A stretch of 64,000 bases of DNA from Candidatus Saccharibacteria bacterium UBA2951 (GCA_002348615.1 DEBR01000003.1:12268-76267), one strand, 5' to 3'; shown: positions 1 to 9,497, counted from the stretch's first letter. Notes: generated from the sequence alone by a model not told the origin. Made by a program: numbers and translations.

Positions 1-39
1 GATGTTGATCTCGGGGAGCAGGGTGTCGTTGTCCGACAT
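1..39 (-). CDS. 5' fragment of an unknown protein (MSDNDTLLPEINI...), runs off the window edge
   Basis: ATG at 39-37 preceded by GAAAGAAGAATCGCC; all 13 visible codons end in G/C; lies downstream of a promoter and structured leader. Not in the ORF track. Confidence 0.6.
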   Translation of the reverse strand, partial: MSDNDTLLPEINI

Positions 40-260
40 GGCGATTCTTCTTTCGTTCGATGGACGTGGAAGTGTGAAGTCACGGCCTTCCTTGAGGGGG
101 AAACCGCCGATCCGACATTGCTGCAGCTCATGTCGGATAGGGAAGGCAGGCCGTCATACGGTCGGCCATCCCTACCCAACATATACGCTGTAATGGTACG
201 TGGATTGATGAGATGTCAATGTACCTCAGTGAGTTCCCAAAAGACCTCGAACTTGATACG
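40..260 (-). ncRNA. Long structured 5' leader RNA (cassette 1)
   Basis: Successive hairpins on the - strand: AGUUC/GAACU; GGUAC-AUUGA/UCAAU-GUACC; 14-bp AUGUUGGGUAGGGA/UCCCUAUCCGACAU with G-U pairs that work only on this strand; GCGGUUUCC/GGAAGGCCGU. Shares motifs with the leader at 20440-20549. Confidence 0.6.
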
Positions 261-266
261 TTAAAC

Positions 267-295
267 ATAATAGCATTTTATTGTAGATATGTCAA
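267..295 (-). promoter_or_regulatory. sigma70-type promoter for cassette 1
   Basis: TTGACA (295-290), 17-nt spacer ending TGC, TATTAT (272-267). Confidence 0.7.
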
Positions 296-312
296 GTATA
301 TCCATAAGAATA

Positions 313-341
313 TTGACTTAATATACTATTTATGCTAAGAT
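313..341 (+). promoter_or_regulatory. sigma70-type promoter, divergent from the one above
   Basis: TTGACT (313-318), 17-nt spacer ending TGC, TAAGAT (336-341). Confidence 0.7.
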
Positions 342-382
342 ATTCCCAATAATTAATCGTTACCACGAAAGTTACCATAATC

Positions 383-2074
383 ATGTCTGAAACCGCGCCA
401 CGCACCTCAACCGAATCATCGAGCCGATATCCGGTAATCGCGAACGCACCTGCGGCGCTTCAATTGGAATTCGTTGACGGATTAGTCGGGTACGACGCTC
501 AACTGGCGGAACAGTTTACTCACGAGGACGATCAGAGCGATTACGAAGCCTATCGTGAACGGAAGGTTGACGAACTGCTGGCTGAAAACGGTATTGTTGA
601 CGGCGATGACGAAGAAGCCCACGCTCAGTATCTACTGGCCAAAGACATATATATGCAGGTGATTCAGTACGACGAGGACGAGTGGCTAGTCCGACAGGAT
701 GGCGCAGAGGTACCGCCCCGTAACTTGGTATTCCGCCGCATACTTGCCGAATACCCAACCGAATCGACACGTGGTCGCCATGTTGCTGATGGCGAAACCG
801 CTGGTACGGATGAATCTGCCAATCAATCGGACACAGATACATCGGATGTGAATGATACTGAAGACGTGAACGGTACTGAGCCGTCTGTCGACATGGACGC
901 TCTTCACGAAGAAGCGTTACTGGAAAATGCGCGTTTCGACGTCAATGGTGCCCGTGAGTCGTGGGCGACAGTATCCGCTAAACGACAGGGTCGTGCTTTC
1001 GGTAAAACCAAGGACCACGATGCCGTGCGCGACGATTATCATGCCAAAGTACAGGCGCTTGGAATCTTGGAACTTGAAGGCCGTATCAATCCTGAAGATG
1101 ATGAGACGACCAAGAACGCGATCGTCATAGCTTACTTGTTTGAAGAGCAACGTCGTTTGCGTGAACTGACAACCGAGAAGCTGCAAGGTACAAAAGTAGG
1201 CAAGTTCGTGAAATTCATGAACAAAGGTAGTTTCGGTATGCGACTATTAAAAGGCTTTGGCGTCGGTGTCGCCGTTGGAGCAGGTGGTGCATTACTGCTT
1301 GGTGCCGCTGGTGCCGCTGCTGGAGCTGCCGTCGCGGTCGGTGCAAGTCGGTTTGTTAAGGGCTACGCTTCAAACGACCGTCACCGTGGCATGCAGACCG
1401 CCGAAGAATCGTTTATTGATGAGAATGGCGAAAATCTCGTTTATCTTGAAGAAAGTGACGGTGCTTCCGTCGCCGATAAAGTAAGTGCTGCCGCGCGCAC
1501 ATACAACGAAGACTTTGAACACGACACGAAGCAAGAGCAAGTGAAGCGTCGTAAGGCATTGGCCTGGGGTGTCGGATCTGTCGCCGTCGGTGCAGGTGTC
1601 GGTTACGGCCTAGCTCACAGCGGTGATGCCGTTAACGCGGTCAAGGACTGGTGGAACGGCCCGAATGCCAAAGACGTAACACCAGGCGGTGTTGACCAAC
1701 AACCTGATATGGACCATGACGGTATTGCCGACCAGTTCGATCACGATCGTGATGGTGACGGTGTGCCAAACCGCTTTGATGACGCTCCGAATAACCCCGA
1801 CGTCACTAACATCGGTCCGGATTGGTCAGACTTCAGTCAAGAAGCCCGTTTCGTTGAACCTGGCGAGGGTGGCTTCCAGACGTTGAAAGAAATGGGCATT
1901 CCTGAAAATAAGTGGGAATCAATCTGGCAAGATGCCGGTGAGAAGCTGCACGAAGAGGGTAAGACATACACCATGGATGATGGTCGTTGGGGCTGGGATC
2001 GTTCAATGCGTTTGACGGACCATGACCTGAACATTATTGCCCAGGCGGCCCAGCACAACGGCGTCAAGCTATAA
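383..2074 (+). CDS. Large acidic hypothetical protein with Gly/Ala-rich hydrophobic segments and DxDxDG (TSP3-like) Ca-binding repeats
   Basis: 563-aa ORF with own promoter; GFGVGVAVGAGGALLLGAAGAAAG and ALAWGVGSVAVGAGVGYG segments; DMDHDGIADQFDHDRDGDGVPN repeat. Confidence 0.75.
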   Translation: MSETAPRTSTESSSRYPVIANAPAALQLEFVDGLVGYDAQLAEQFTHEDDQSDYEAYRERKVDELLAENGIVDGDDEEAHAQYLLAKDIYMQVIQYDEDEWLVRQDGAEVPPRNLVFRRILAEYPTESTRGRHVADGETAGTDESANQSDTDTSDVNDTEDVNGTEPSVDMDALHEEALLENARFDVNGARESWATVSAKRQGRAFGKTKDHDAVRDDYHAKVQALGILELEGRINPEDDETTKNAIVIAYLFEEQRRLRELTTEKLQGTKVGKFVKFMNKGSFGMRLLKGFGVGVAVGAGGALLLGAAGAAAGAAVAVGASRFVKGYASNDRHRGMQTAEESFIDENGENLVYLEESDGASVADKVSAAARTYNEDFEHDTKQEQVKRRKALAWGVGSVAVGAGVGYGLAHSGDAVNAVKDWWNGPNAKDVTPGGVDQQPDMDHDGIADQFDHDRDGDGVPNRFDDAPNNPDVTNIGPDWSDFSQEARFVEPGEGGFQTLKEMGIPENKWESIWQDAGEKLHEEGKTYTMDDGRWGWDRSMRLTDHDLNIIAQAAQHNGVKL

Positions 2075-2139
2075 GTATTCTCATTCCTTGCGTCGTTGAG
2101 GTACAATAGGGTAAACGACGTTAGATAAAGGACCGTTTT

Positions 2140-2703
2140 ATGTTTCGACTGGATGAGCAATTTCTGAAGGACATCGGCCTCGACAGCCTGCCTGAAGAAC
2201 AAAAGAAACCATTCCTGCAGCATATTTATAGCGAACTCGAACTTCGGGTTGGTACACGGCTGTCGGATGGGCTATCAGACGCCCAATTAGAGGAATTTGA
2301 AAAGATTATTGACCGCGACCAAGAGAAGGTCCAAGCCTGGCTTGCCGAGCACGCGCCAAACTATCAGTCCGAAGAAGCCTTCGGCAAATTACAGCAGGCG
2401 ACCGGCCTCGAAGCCACCGACCCGCGATTAGTGGCTGAATTTACGGCGACCAAGTGGCTTGAAGTTAACCGACCGGACTACCGCGACGTCGTTGCGCAAG
2501 TGCTGGATGAGCTGAAGAGTGAAATCATCAGTAACCGGGACGCGATTCTAGGAGGCATGGGCGGTCAGGCACAGCCAGAACCGCAACCCCAGCAACCGGT
2601 AGCACCACCTGCCCAACCTGAAGACATGCCGTTACCACCGCAGAACAGCGGGGCACAGCCATCGGGCACTCCGGGTGACATGCCACAATACCCAACCAGG
2701 TAA
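2140..2703 (+). CDS. DUF5663-like conserved hypothetical protein with Pro/Gln-rich tail
   Basis: MFRLDEQFL..IGL..LPEEQK..FLQHIYSELELRVG pattern recognised from Saccharibacteria proteins; TACAAT upstream. Confidence 0.75.
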   Translation: MFRLDEQFLKDIGLDSLPEEQKKPFLQHIYSELELRVGTRLSDGLSDAQLEEFEKIIDRDQEKVQAWLAEHAPNYQSEEAFGKLQQATGLEATDPRLVAEFTATKWLEVNRPDYRDVVAQVLDELKSEIISNRDAILGGMGGQAQPEPQPQQPVAPPAQPEDMPLPPQNSGAQPSGTPGDMPQYPTR

Positions 2704-2704
2704 T

Positions 2705-2733
2705 AAAAAACCCGCCGACACGGCGGATTTTTT
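2705..2733. terminator. Bidirectional intrinsic terminator
   Basis: A6-CCCGCCG-ACA-CGGCGGA-T6 between convergent genes. Confidence 0.8.
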
Positions 2734-2741
2734 AGTCATCG

Positions 2742-3641
2742 CTATTTTAGATAGCCCTTTATGAATGCGCCGGCAGTCATCGTTTTGCCACTTGGCGCGA
2801 TCAGTTCATCGATACTTAACACGCCGTCTTTGAAGGGTATATCAAGCGGAGACGTCTGGGTAGCCGAAAGATGCGCCTGAAGAATGATGATGTCTTGACC
2901 GGCTATGGTAAGACGAGCCCGCGGGAACGCTTTGTAGGCTCGGACCAGTCGCTCGGCTTGCTCTGCGGTATGCGCGGAAGGGTTCAGCTTGGCGTCTGCC
3001 TTCGTAATCAGCTGGCAGTAAGTGGCTTTCGACTCATCCTGCGGTGTCGGCTTGAGTGAGCCGTCAAATATCCTGGGAAGCGCCGCCATAAGTTCGGTGG
3101 CCGCTAGCGTCGCTAATTTTTGGCTGAGGTGCGGCGACGTCTCATATTTTGGTAAGTTGAATTCTACCTGGTGGTAGACGGGCCCAGCATCCATTTTAGC
3201 TGTCAGACTCATGATAGAAATACCGGTGGATTCGTCACCGTTCGCGATGGCGGATTCGATGGGGCTTGGGCCGCGATATTTCGGAAGGAGCGATGGGTGG
3301 ATGTTGATGATGCCGAATGGGAACAGGTCGATCAGCTTTTGCGGTACGATGCGGCCGTACGCGACCAACACGCCCGCGTCGGCACCGTAGGCAGCCAGGG
3401 TATCGTATATATCCATCGGTCGCTCAGGCAAGTGGACGGGAATGTCGTACTGCTTGGCGAGTTCGGCGACTTCAAGTGGACGAGGCTTACGCGAACGCGT
3501 ACCGGAGTCGTTCGCGACGACGGCTTTTATGTCGTACCCAGCATCGATAAGCGCCTGAAGTACCGGCGTCTCGGTATGGTCGAGTCCGCTGACGAGGCGC
3601 TCGTTACCGAAGAAAACCAGTTTACGACCAGAGTTCGACAT
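2742..3641 (-). CDS. fmt: Methionyl-tRNA formyltransferase
   Basis: VLVAYGRIVP, INIHPSLLPKYRGPSPI and MDAG motifs; follows def. Confidence 0.95.
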   Translation of the reverse strand: MSNSGRKLVFFGNERLVSGLDHTETPVLQALIDAGYDIKAVVANDSGTRSRKPRPLEVAELAKQYDIPVHLPERPMDIYDTLAAYGADAGVLVAYGRIVPQKLIDLFPFGIINIHPSLLPKYRGPSPIESAIANGDESTGISIMSLTAKMDAGPVYHQVEFNLPKYETSPHLSQKLATLAATELMAALPRIFDGSLKPTPQDESKATYCQLITKADAKLNPSAHTAEQAERLVRAYKAFPRARLTIAGQDIIILQAHLSATQTSPLDIPFKDGVLSIDELIAPSGKTMTAGAFIKGYLK

Positions 3642-4197
3642 TATCTTTTATATGCTCCTCATAGCCTAGCGGTTGGAGTTCGCCGTTGTCGTCGAGCCTG
3701 AAAAAAGCGTCAGGCTGGTCCTTGATGTGGTCGATAAAGACGATGCCGTTAGTGTGGTCGACCTCGTGCTGGACGACGCGAGCTAAAAAGCCTTCGGCGC
3801 GAAAACGGACTTCGTTGCCATCTTGATCGAGTGCTTTGACACGGATCTTGGTGTGGCGAGGCACACGGCCGTAGACATTCTTGACACTTAGGCAACCTTC
3901 GAAGTCACTGACAACCTCCCCTTCGTATTTGACGATTTCAGGGTTAATAAGCACCGTGAAATCACGGTCGGCTTTGTCCTCGAAGCTGCTCCGGACGATA
4001 ACAACGCGTTCTAGCCGGTCTATCTGGACCGCGGCTAGCGCAGCCGAGATTTCGTGCGGTCGGGAATCTTCCCAGTCGAGCGCAGCCGAAGTCATGTCGT
4101 CAATCAGCTGCTTGGTCGAATCGTCCGGTACCTTTACGCGGCTGGATTTTTCACGTAGATGCGTATTAGGCAACGTTATGATGGCTTCTTTTTTCAT
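3622..4197 (-). CDS. def: Peptide deformylase
   Basis: ALAAVQI, EGCLS and QHEVDH motifs; start chosen at MKKEA (alternative 4206). Confidence 0.95.
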   Translation of the reverse strand: MKKEAIITLPNTHLREKSSRVKVPDDSTKQLIDDMTSAALDWEDSRPHEISAALAAVQIDRLERVVIVRSSFEDKADRDFTVLINPEIVKYEGEVVSDFEGCLSVKNVYGRVPRHTKIRVKALDQDGNEVRFRAEGFLARVVQHEVDHTNGIVFIDHIKDQPDAFFRLDDNGELQPLGYEEHIKDNVELWS

Positions 4198-4215
4198 TAT
4201 GACCATTGTAACAGA

Positions 4216-6159
4216 TTAGAGCAGGCTGATGGGGTCGAGTTCGAACTGCCATTTTGCTGGCGGCAGTTGACTGACGGCTTGCTGTAAATACGCGCGTTTT
4301 GGTGATTTCAGCACGAGCTGCCACCGATATTGGCCGCCGGCACGTTCATAAAATGCCGGAGTCGGGCCAAGAATCTGGACGTCGGACGGCAACGAACGCT
4401 TTAGTTGTTCGGCCAGTGCCTTGGCGTTACGGATAGCGGCCGCCTCGGTCTTGTAGGCGCACTGAAGTTTTAGCAAGTAGGTGAACGGAGGGAAGTGACT
4501 ACGGCGGCGTTGTTCCACCGCCAGGGCATAGAACCCGGCATAGTCTTGTTTAAGTCCGAGCGTAATGACGGGGTGGGTAGGTTGATAGCTCTGCACGATG
4601 ACGTTTGTATCGTGCGGGCGTCGACCGACGCGACCAATGACCTGTGCGAGTAGCTGGAAGGTTCTTTCGGCCGAACCGTAGTCGGGTAAACTGAGGCCTG
4701 CATCTGCCTGCACGACCGCGACGGTATGGAGCTTAGGGAGGTCAAGTCCTTTCGCGATAACCTGCGTGCCGATGATGACATCAATGGATCCGTCGTGAAG
4801 CTCCTTGTATCGCTGTTCAACCGTCTGGTCGCTCGCGGTGTCGCCGTCAAATCGAGCGATGGTAAGTTTAGGGTATAGCCTTTTTAATTCGCTCTCGATC
4901 AGCTTGGTGCCGATACCTTTATGAATGATACTGGCATGACCACACTGCGGGCAGCTCGTGGGGACATGTGAAGTGAAATTGCATATATGACAGCGCAGTT
5001 CGTGCGCGTCAGCATGAAGTGTAAGTGGCACGAAGCAGTTTGGACAACCAGCTTGCCAGCCGCAATTCTCGCATAACGTTGTCGGGGCACTGCCACGGCG
5101 GTTATGAAACACCAGTACCTGCTTTCCTGAACCGGTATCCTGTTCGATTTGTGCGAGTACAGCGTCGGATAAAAATCGATGTCGCTTGAAATGTGTTCGT
5201 TTGGTCATATCGATAAGTCGAACACTCGGCTTGTACGCATTTTTTATGGCGAGGTGCTCCATTGCGACAATGGGACGGCCGGTCGATTTCGCCAAATAGT
5301 AATCGACGATCGATGGCGTCGCGCTACCGAGCACGAGCTTAGCCTTGGATTGTTCAGTTAAGAAATGGGCGGCTCGCAAAGCATGATATCGAGGTGACTG
5401 CTCCTGCTTATAGCTTGGCTCGTGAGCTTCGTCGATAACGATAAGCCCCAAAGACCGTACCGGTAGGAACAGGGCCGAACGTGGCCCTATGATGACTTGC
5501 GGAGTATCAGTCATAAGCACGGTACGCCAAACCGCATGCCGTTCAGCTTCGGTCTGCCGGGAATGAGTAAGTACGACGTCCTTAAAATGAGACGAAAATT
5601 CCGCGACGACCTGCGAGGTAAGGGATATTTCGGGTACCAGTACTACGGCGGATTTACCATCCGCGAGCGCTTGTTTGACAAGTTCTATGTACACCGCGGT
5701 CTTTCCAGAACCGGTAATACCGTGAAGTATGACGGTGCCAGAGCCAGCGTTGTTAATGTCGCCCAGTGCATTCTGCTGATCGGAGTTGAGTACAATATGT
5801 GTTCGTTTATAATTATCAACAGATGAAAAGGTGGCTTTCACGCGTCGATTCTTGTGTAGTCCGCTCGGCAACAATGTTTGAAGTACGACGGCCAGCGGGG
5901 TCATGTAATAACCACTCAACCATTCGGCCAGTTGAACATATTCCTTCGGCAATGGACGGTCTTCCAGCACCTGTTCGACTGGTTTTACTACATAGTTTGG
6001 AGTGTGTTGAACAGCTTTAAGGACAAGTCCGTTCATGAGTTTTTTGCCAACACTGACACGTACCAACTGGCCAATTTCAAGCGGGTGCTCTGAAGCATAC
6101 GTAAACGAATCGGCGCCGCTACGGACGATCTGTGTCGGAGCCACCTCGTAATACTTCAT
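4216..6159 (-). CDS. priA: Primosomal protein N' (helicase)
   Basis: GITGSGKT, DEAH, NRRG, four CxxC pairs and GTQVIAKGLD motifs. Confidence 0.96.
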   Translation of the reverse strand: MKYYEVAPTQIVRSGADSFTYASEHPLEIGQLVRVSVGKKLMNGLVLKAVQHTPNYVVKPVEQVLEDRPLPKEYVQLAEWLSGYYMTPLAVVLQTLLPSGLHKNRRVKATFSSVDNYKRTHIVLNSDQQNALGDINNAGSGTVILHGITGSGKTAVYIELVKQALADGKSAVVLVPEISLTSQVVAEFSSHFKDVVLTHSRQTEAERHAVWRTVLMTDTPQVIIGPRSALFLPVRSLGLIVIDEAHEPSYKQEQSPRYHALRAAHFLTEQSKAKLVLGSATPSIVDYYLAKSTGRPIVAMEHLAIKNAYKPSVRLIDMTKRTHFKRHRFLSDAVLAQIEQDTGSGKQVLVFHNRRGSAPTTLCENCGWQAGCPNCFVPLTLHADAHELRCHICNFTSHVPTSCPQCGHASIIHKGIGTKLIESELKRLYPKLTIARFDGDTASDQTVEQRYKELHDGSIDVIIGTQVIAKGLDLPKLHTVAVVQADAGLSLPDYGSAERTFQLLAQVIGRVGRRPHDTNVIVQSYQPTHPVITLGLKQDYAGFYALAVEQRRRSHFPPFTYLLKLQCAYKTEAAAIRNAKALAEQLKRSLPSDVQILGPTPAFYERAGGQYRWQLVLKSPKRAYLQQAVSQLPPAKWQFELDPISLL

Positions 6160-6241
6160 GCCTACGATTATAGAGTACTTACAAAAAGAAGCTCATACGA
6201 GTCGAAGCGAGCCGCTTCTAATTATTTGTTACACTAAACAT

Positions 6242-6898
6242 ATGTATTTTGAATCGCGTGCCGATGCTGGTGCGAAGCTGGCGGCACGGCTACTCGAAAA
6301 GTACCGGTATGAAAACTGTGCCGTCGTCGCCTTATCTGACGGCGCGGTATTGGTCGGTGAACAAATCGCGGCCGCATTGCACTGTGTTCTGACCATGTTA
6401 TTGATTGAAGACATTGAAGTGCCCGGCGAGTCTATGAGCTTCGGGGGTGTGTCTGAAAGTGGTGCCTTCACGTATAACGGCATGTTCTCGGTGGGTGAAA
6501 TCGAGGAGTACACATCCGAATTCCACGGTTACCTTGATGAGAAGAAACGCGAGGCGTTCCAAGAAATCAACCGCTTACTTGGTGACGGCGGGCTGATTGA
6601 CAAAAGCCTGCTATTGGATCGAACGGTCATCTTGGTTGCTGACGGTATAGATAACGGTGCGTCGATTGACGTTGCCATGGACTTTTTGAAGCCTATCCGA
6701 ACGCAGCGGATTGTCGTCGCGACACCAGTGGCGTCAGTGCCGGCAGTCGACAAGCTGCACGTCACGGCGGACGAAATTCACATTCTTGATGTGAAAGAGA
6801 ATTACATGGGAACGAACCATTACTATACCGATAATACGGTCCCGTCGCATGAGGATACGATCGCCAAGATCAACCAGATCGTCTTGAACTGGCAATAG
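6242..6898 (+). CDS. Phosphoribosyltransferase-family protein
   Basis: MYFESRADAG start; VILVADGIDNG degenerate PRPP-binding loop; IVVATPV. TACACT just upstream supports the 6242 start. Confidence 0.8.
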   Translation: MYFESRADAGAKLAARLLEKYRYENCAVVALSDGAVLVGEQIAAALHCVLTMLLIEDIEVPGESMSFGGVSESGAFTYNGMFSVGEIEEYTSEFHGYLDEKKREAFQEINRLLGDGGLIDKSLLLDRTVILVADGIDNGASIDVAMDFLKPIRTQRIVVATPVASVPAVDKLHVTADEIHILDVKENYMGTNHYYTDNTVPSHEDTIAKINQIVLNWQ

Positions 6899-7016
6899 AA
6901 ACGTATGAATTGTTCCACGCCAAACCGCTTCACGCCTATTTGTCCTTTGCTCCTGGCAGGAACAAATGGGTTGCGCTTCGCCTTTAGTTTGGTTTTGTAA
7001 CAATTCATACGTTTCT
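6897..7016. repeat. 120-nt rod-like hairpin closed by a perfect 18-bp inverted repeat (candidate ncRNA)
   Basis: AGAAACGTATGAATTGTT (6897-6914) / AACAATTCATACGTTTCT (6999-7016); nested CCAAAC/GTTTGG and CCTATTTGT/ACAAATGGG. Confidence 0.8.
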
Positions 7017-7109
7017 TGCAGCTTAGGCTTGAGTATCGTTGTAAGATTGTGCTACGATAGTAAGTACTAAACCCAACAAGTTCTAATTAAATAGCTGTGG
7101 CAGGAGAGT

Positions 7110-7421
7110 ATGTTAGACGTTTTTATTACTAGTCGAGTGCGCCGAAAAATCGTAGTAGTCTATGCGAAGTATCCTGATTTCCATACCCATGTCCGCGGCC
7201 TCGCCAAGTTAATAAAAGAAGACCCGGGCAACATTCAGCGTGAGCTGAAGCGGCTTGAGAAAGTCGGTTTTCTGACGAGTGAGAAGCAGGGGAATACCAA
7301 GATTTATTCTACGAACAAGCAGTTCCCAATCTTTAAAGAACTCCAAAGCATCGTCATTAAAAGCCAGCAGCACCAGACGGCACGTACCAAGCGCGCATCG
7401 ACTGACATCTCTCCAGTTTAG
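7110..7421 (+). CDS. Winged-helix (ArsR/MarR-like) transcription regulator
   Basis: HVRGLAKLIKEDPGNIQRELKRLEKVGFL HTH plus wing; AGGAG RBS; TTGAGT-N18-TACGAT upstream. Confidence 0.85.
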   Translation: MLDVFITSRVRRKIVVVYAKYPDFHTHVRGLAKLIKEDPGNIQRELKRLEKVGFLTSEKQGNTKIYSTNKQFPIFKELQSIVIKSQQHQTARTKRASTDISPV

Positions 7422-7448
7422 TAAGCGCGAGTATGAGAAAATAAAGGC

Positions 7449-9092
7449 ATGAGCGCTCATGCATTGTTTGAAAAGATTCTTATTTCACGTGGACTGAAGA
7501 CCCAGGCGCAGCGCGACGCGTTCTTGAATCCGAGTTACGATACTAAGCATGATCCATTTTTACTGCCGGATATGAAGGCGGCGGTCGACCGATTGAAAGT
7601 CGCAAGGGAAAAACAAGAGCACATTACGATTTACGGCGACTACGACATTGACGGTCTTACGGCTACGGCGGTGCTGTTAGATGCGTTTTCGTCGTTCGGC
7701 TTTAAACAAGTCGACGCCTTTATTCCCAACCGGTTCGTCGAAGGGTACGGGCTGACGGTCGACGCGATAGAGCGAATAGCCTCTACCGGCTCGAGCCTTA
7801 TTGTGACTGTCGACTGTGGCAGCCTAAGCTTTGAGCCGATCCAACGTGCGAATGAGCTTGGCGTCAATATCATCGTGACGGATCATCATAACGTGGCCGA
7901 CGAGCAGCCGCCAGCGGTTGCGGTCATTAATCCTAAGCGCACTGATCATTCGTATCCATTCATCGACCTCGCCGGTGTCGGTGTGGCTTTCAAGTTAGTC
8001 CAAGCGCTTCAGACTGAGCTGGAGGGGCTTGAAGCTGGCCAGGAAAAGTGGCTGCTTGATTTGGTCGCGCTTGGCACGGTGTGCGACGTGGTGACGTTGG
8101 TCGACGAAAACCGAGCGAACGTATTTTGGGGATTAAAGGTCCTGAGTAAAACCAGACGACCAGGCTTAAAAGCACTTATGGCGGTGGCACGGGTCGAACC
8201 GCACAAAGTGAATTCCCGCAGTCTGGGATTTGCGCTCGGGCCACGTATGAACGCCGCAGGCAGGCTTGAAACGGCGCAGATTGCCCTTGATATGCTGACC
8301 GCGACCGACCCGACGATAGCGTTCGAAAAGGCACAGGAACTCGACGCCCTGAATTCGGCAAGGCGGGCGGAGCAGGACCAAATTTATAAAGAAGCAGTGC
8401 AACAGGCGGAACTCTATAAGCACGACGACGTGCTCGTCGTGAGCTCTCCGGACTGGAACCACGGCATTGTCGGCATCGTGGCGGCGAAACTACTCGAAAA
8501 GTTTAAGAAACCGACATTCGTACTGCAAGAAATTGGCGAAGAGTCGAAAGGCTCGGCCCGGAGTTACGGTGATTTCAGCGCGGCCGAAGCCATTAAAAGC
8601 GCGAGCGATATCGTCACGAAAGGCGGGGGGCATAAATTGGCAGCCGGTGTAACCCTACCAACCAAAAATATTCAGGCATTTAGGGAACGAGTGAATAAGC
8701 ATTACCTTGATCAAAAGCTCGAAAATCAGGCCGATTTGTTGCTGCCAAAAGCGGACGTTGTCGCCGAATTGATTCATGTGACCGAAGACTTAGTAAGTAT
8801 GCTTGAAACGTTGGAGCCATTTGGCAACGGCAATACCCAACCGGTTTTACGAAGTGAGGCGCTTGAAGTGTTGCATGTTAGAAAAATGGGGGCGGATTCG
8901 CAGCATGTGAAGCTGGAGAGTCAGGCTTACGACGGGACTGTTTTACATCTCCTAGCATTTAATGCACCCAAGGAATTTTTTGTTGAACCCGGTACGAAAA
9001 TATCGGCCTGGTATCAGCCCGATATTAACGAATGGATGGGGCGGCGGAATGTCGAAGGCCGACTGCTTCACCTGACCATTGAATCTAGCTAA
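7449..9092 (+). CDS. recJ: ssDNA exonuclease RecJ
   Basis: YGDYDIDG, TVDCG, TDHH, GSARS and GGH motifs. Confidence 0.96.
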   Translation: MSAHALFEKILISRGLKTQAQRDAFLNPSYDTKHDPFLLPDMKAAVDRLKVAREKQEHITIYGDYDIDGLTATAVLLDAFSSFGFKQVDAFIPNRFVEGYGLTVDAIERIASTGSSLIVTVDCGSLSFEPIQRANELGVNIIVTDHHNVADEQPPAVAVINPKRTDHSYPFIDLAGVGVAFKLVQALQTELEGLEAGQEKWLLDLVALGTVCDVVTLVDENRANVFWGLKVLSKTRRPGLKALMAVARVEPHKVNSRSLGFALGPRMNAAGRLETAQIALDMLTATDPTIAFEKAQELDALNSARRAEQDQIYKEAVQQAELYKHDDVLVVSSPDWNHGIVGIVAAKLLEKFKKPTFVLQEIGEESKGSARSYGDFSAAEAIKSASDIVTKGGGHKLAAGVTLPTKNIQAFRERVNKHYLDQKLENQADLLLPKADVVAELIHVTEDLVSMLETLEPFGNGNTQPVLRSEALEVLHVRKMGADSQHVKLESQAYDGTVLHLLAFNAPKEFFVEPGTKISAWYQPDINEWMGRRNVEGRLLHLTIESS

Positions 9093-9096
9093 CTTG

Positions 9097-9381
9097 CTAT
9101 TTCAGTAACATGAAATAGACAATTGCGCCGACTACTGCGCCGACGACGACCAGAGCCACACCTGCGACGACCAGGCCTTTTTTAGATTTCGCTTCAGGTG
9201 CGGGCGCAACCACGGGTTCAGCGACGGCTGGCGCGGCTTGTGGTGCCGGTTCTGACTCGACCGATATGTTTTCAACGACAGGAGCAGAATCGGGAGCGGG
9301 TGTTGGGTTGCTCGGCTTGCTTGTAGGGGTAGGAGTAGTGTCCGGTTGTTCGTTCTGGGGCTGGTTTTGATCGGGATTCAT
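9097..9381 (-). CDS. Small Pro-rich protein with C-terminal membrane anchor
   Basis: Low-complexity P/A/E region then a single hydrophobic helix; AAGGAG RBS and TATAAT upstream on -. Confidence 0.75.
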   Translation of the reverse strand: MNPDQNQPQNEQPDTTPTPTSKPSNPTPAPDSAPVVENISVESEPAPQAAPAVAEPVVAPAPEAKSKKGLVVAGVALVVVGAVVGAIVYFMLLK

Positions 9382-9497
9382 TATGAATTCTCCTTATGGT
9401 TAAGTTACGGTGATTATACAACAGTTTTGGATTAATTGTCACCACCGTACCCCAAGGTGTTGATAAGCCACGTCCAATCTGTTACCATAGGGTCTAT

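Noticed and set aside
2..193. + strand 63-aa ORF in the track
   Set aside because: Antisense to the structured leader; the promoter, G-U pairing, RBS and codon bias all favour the - strand.
193..219. Second - strand promoter TTGACA...TACCAT
   Set aside because: The spacer is only 15 nt and both boxes form arms of a leader hairpin; the 267-295 promoter fits better.
6911..6926. parS-like TGTTCCACGCCAAACC
   Set aside because: Three mismatches to TGTTCCACGTGAAACA break the palindrome; explained by the hairpin.
6897..7016. SRP (4.5S) RNA or a short peptide gene as the identity of the hairpin
   Set aside because: No GNRA-capped domain IV with the CAGG/AGCA loop on either strand; the ATGs in both arms are a by-product of the inverted repeat.
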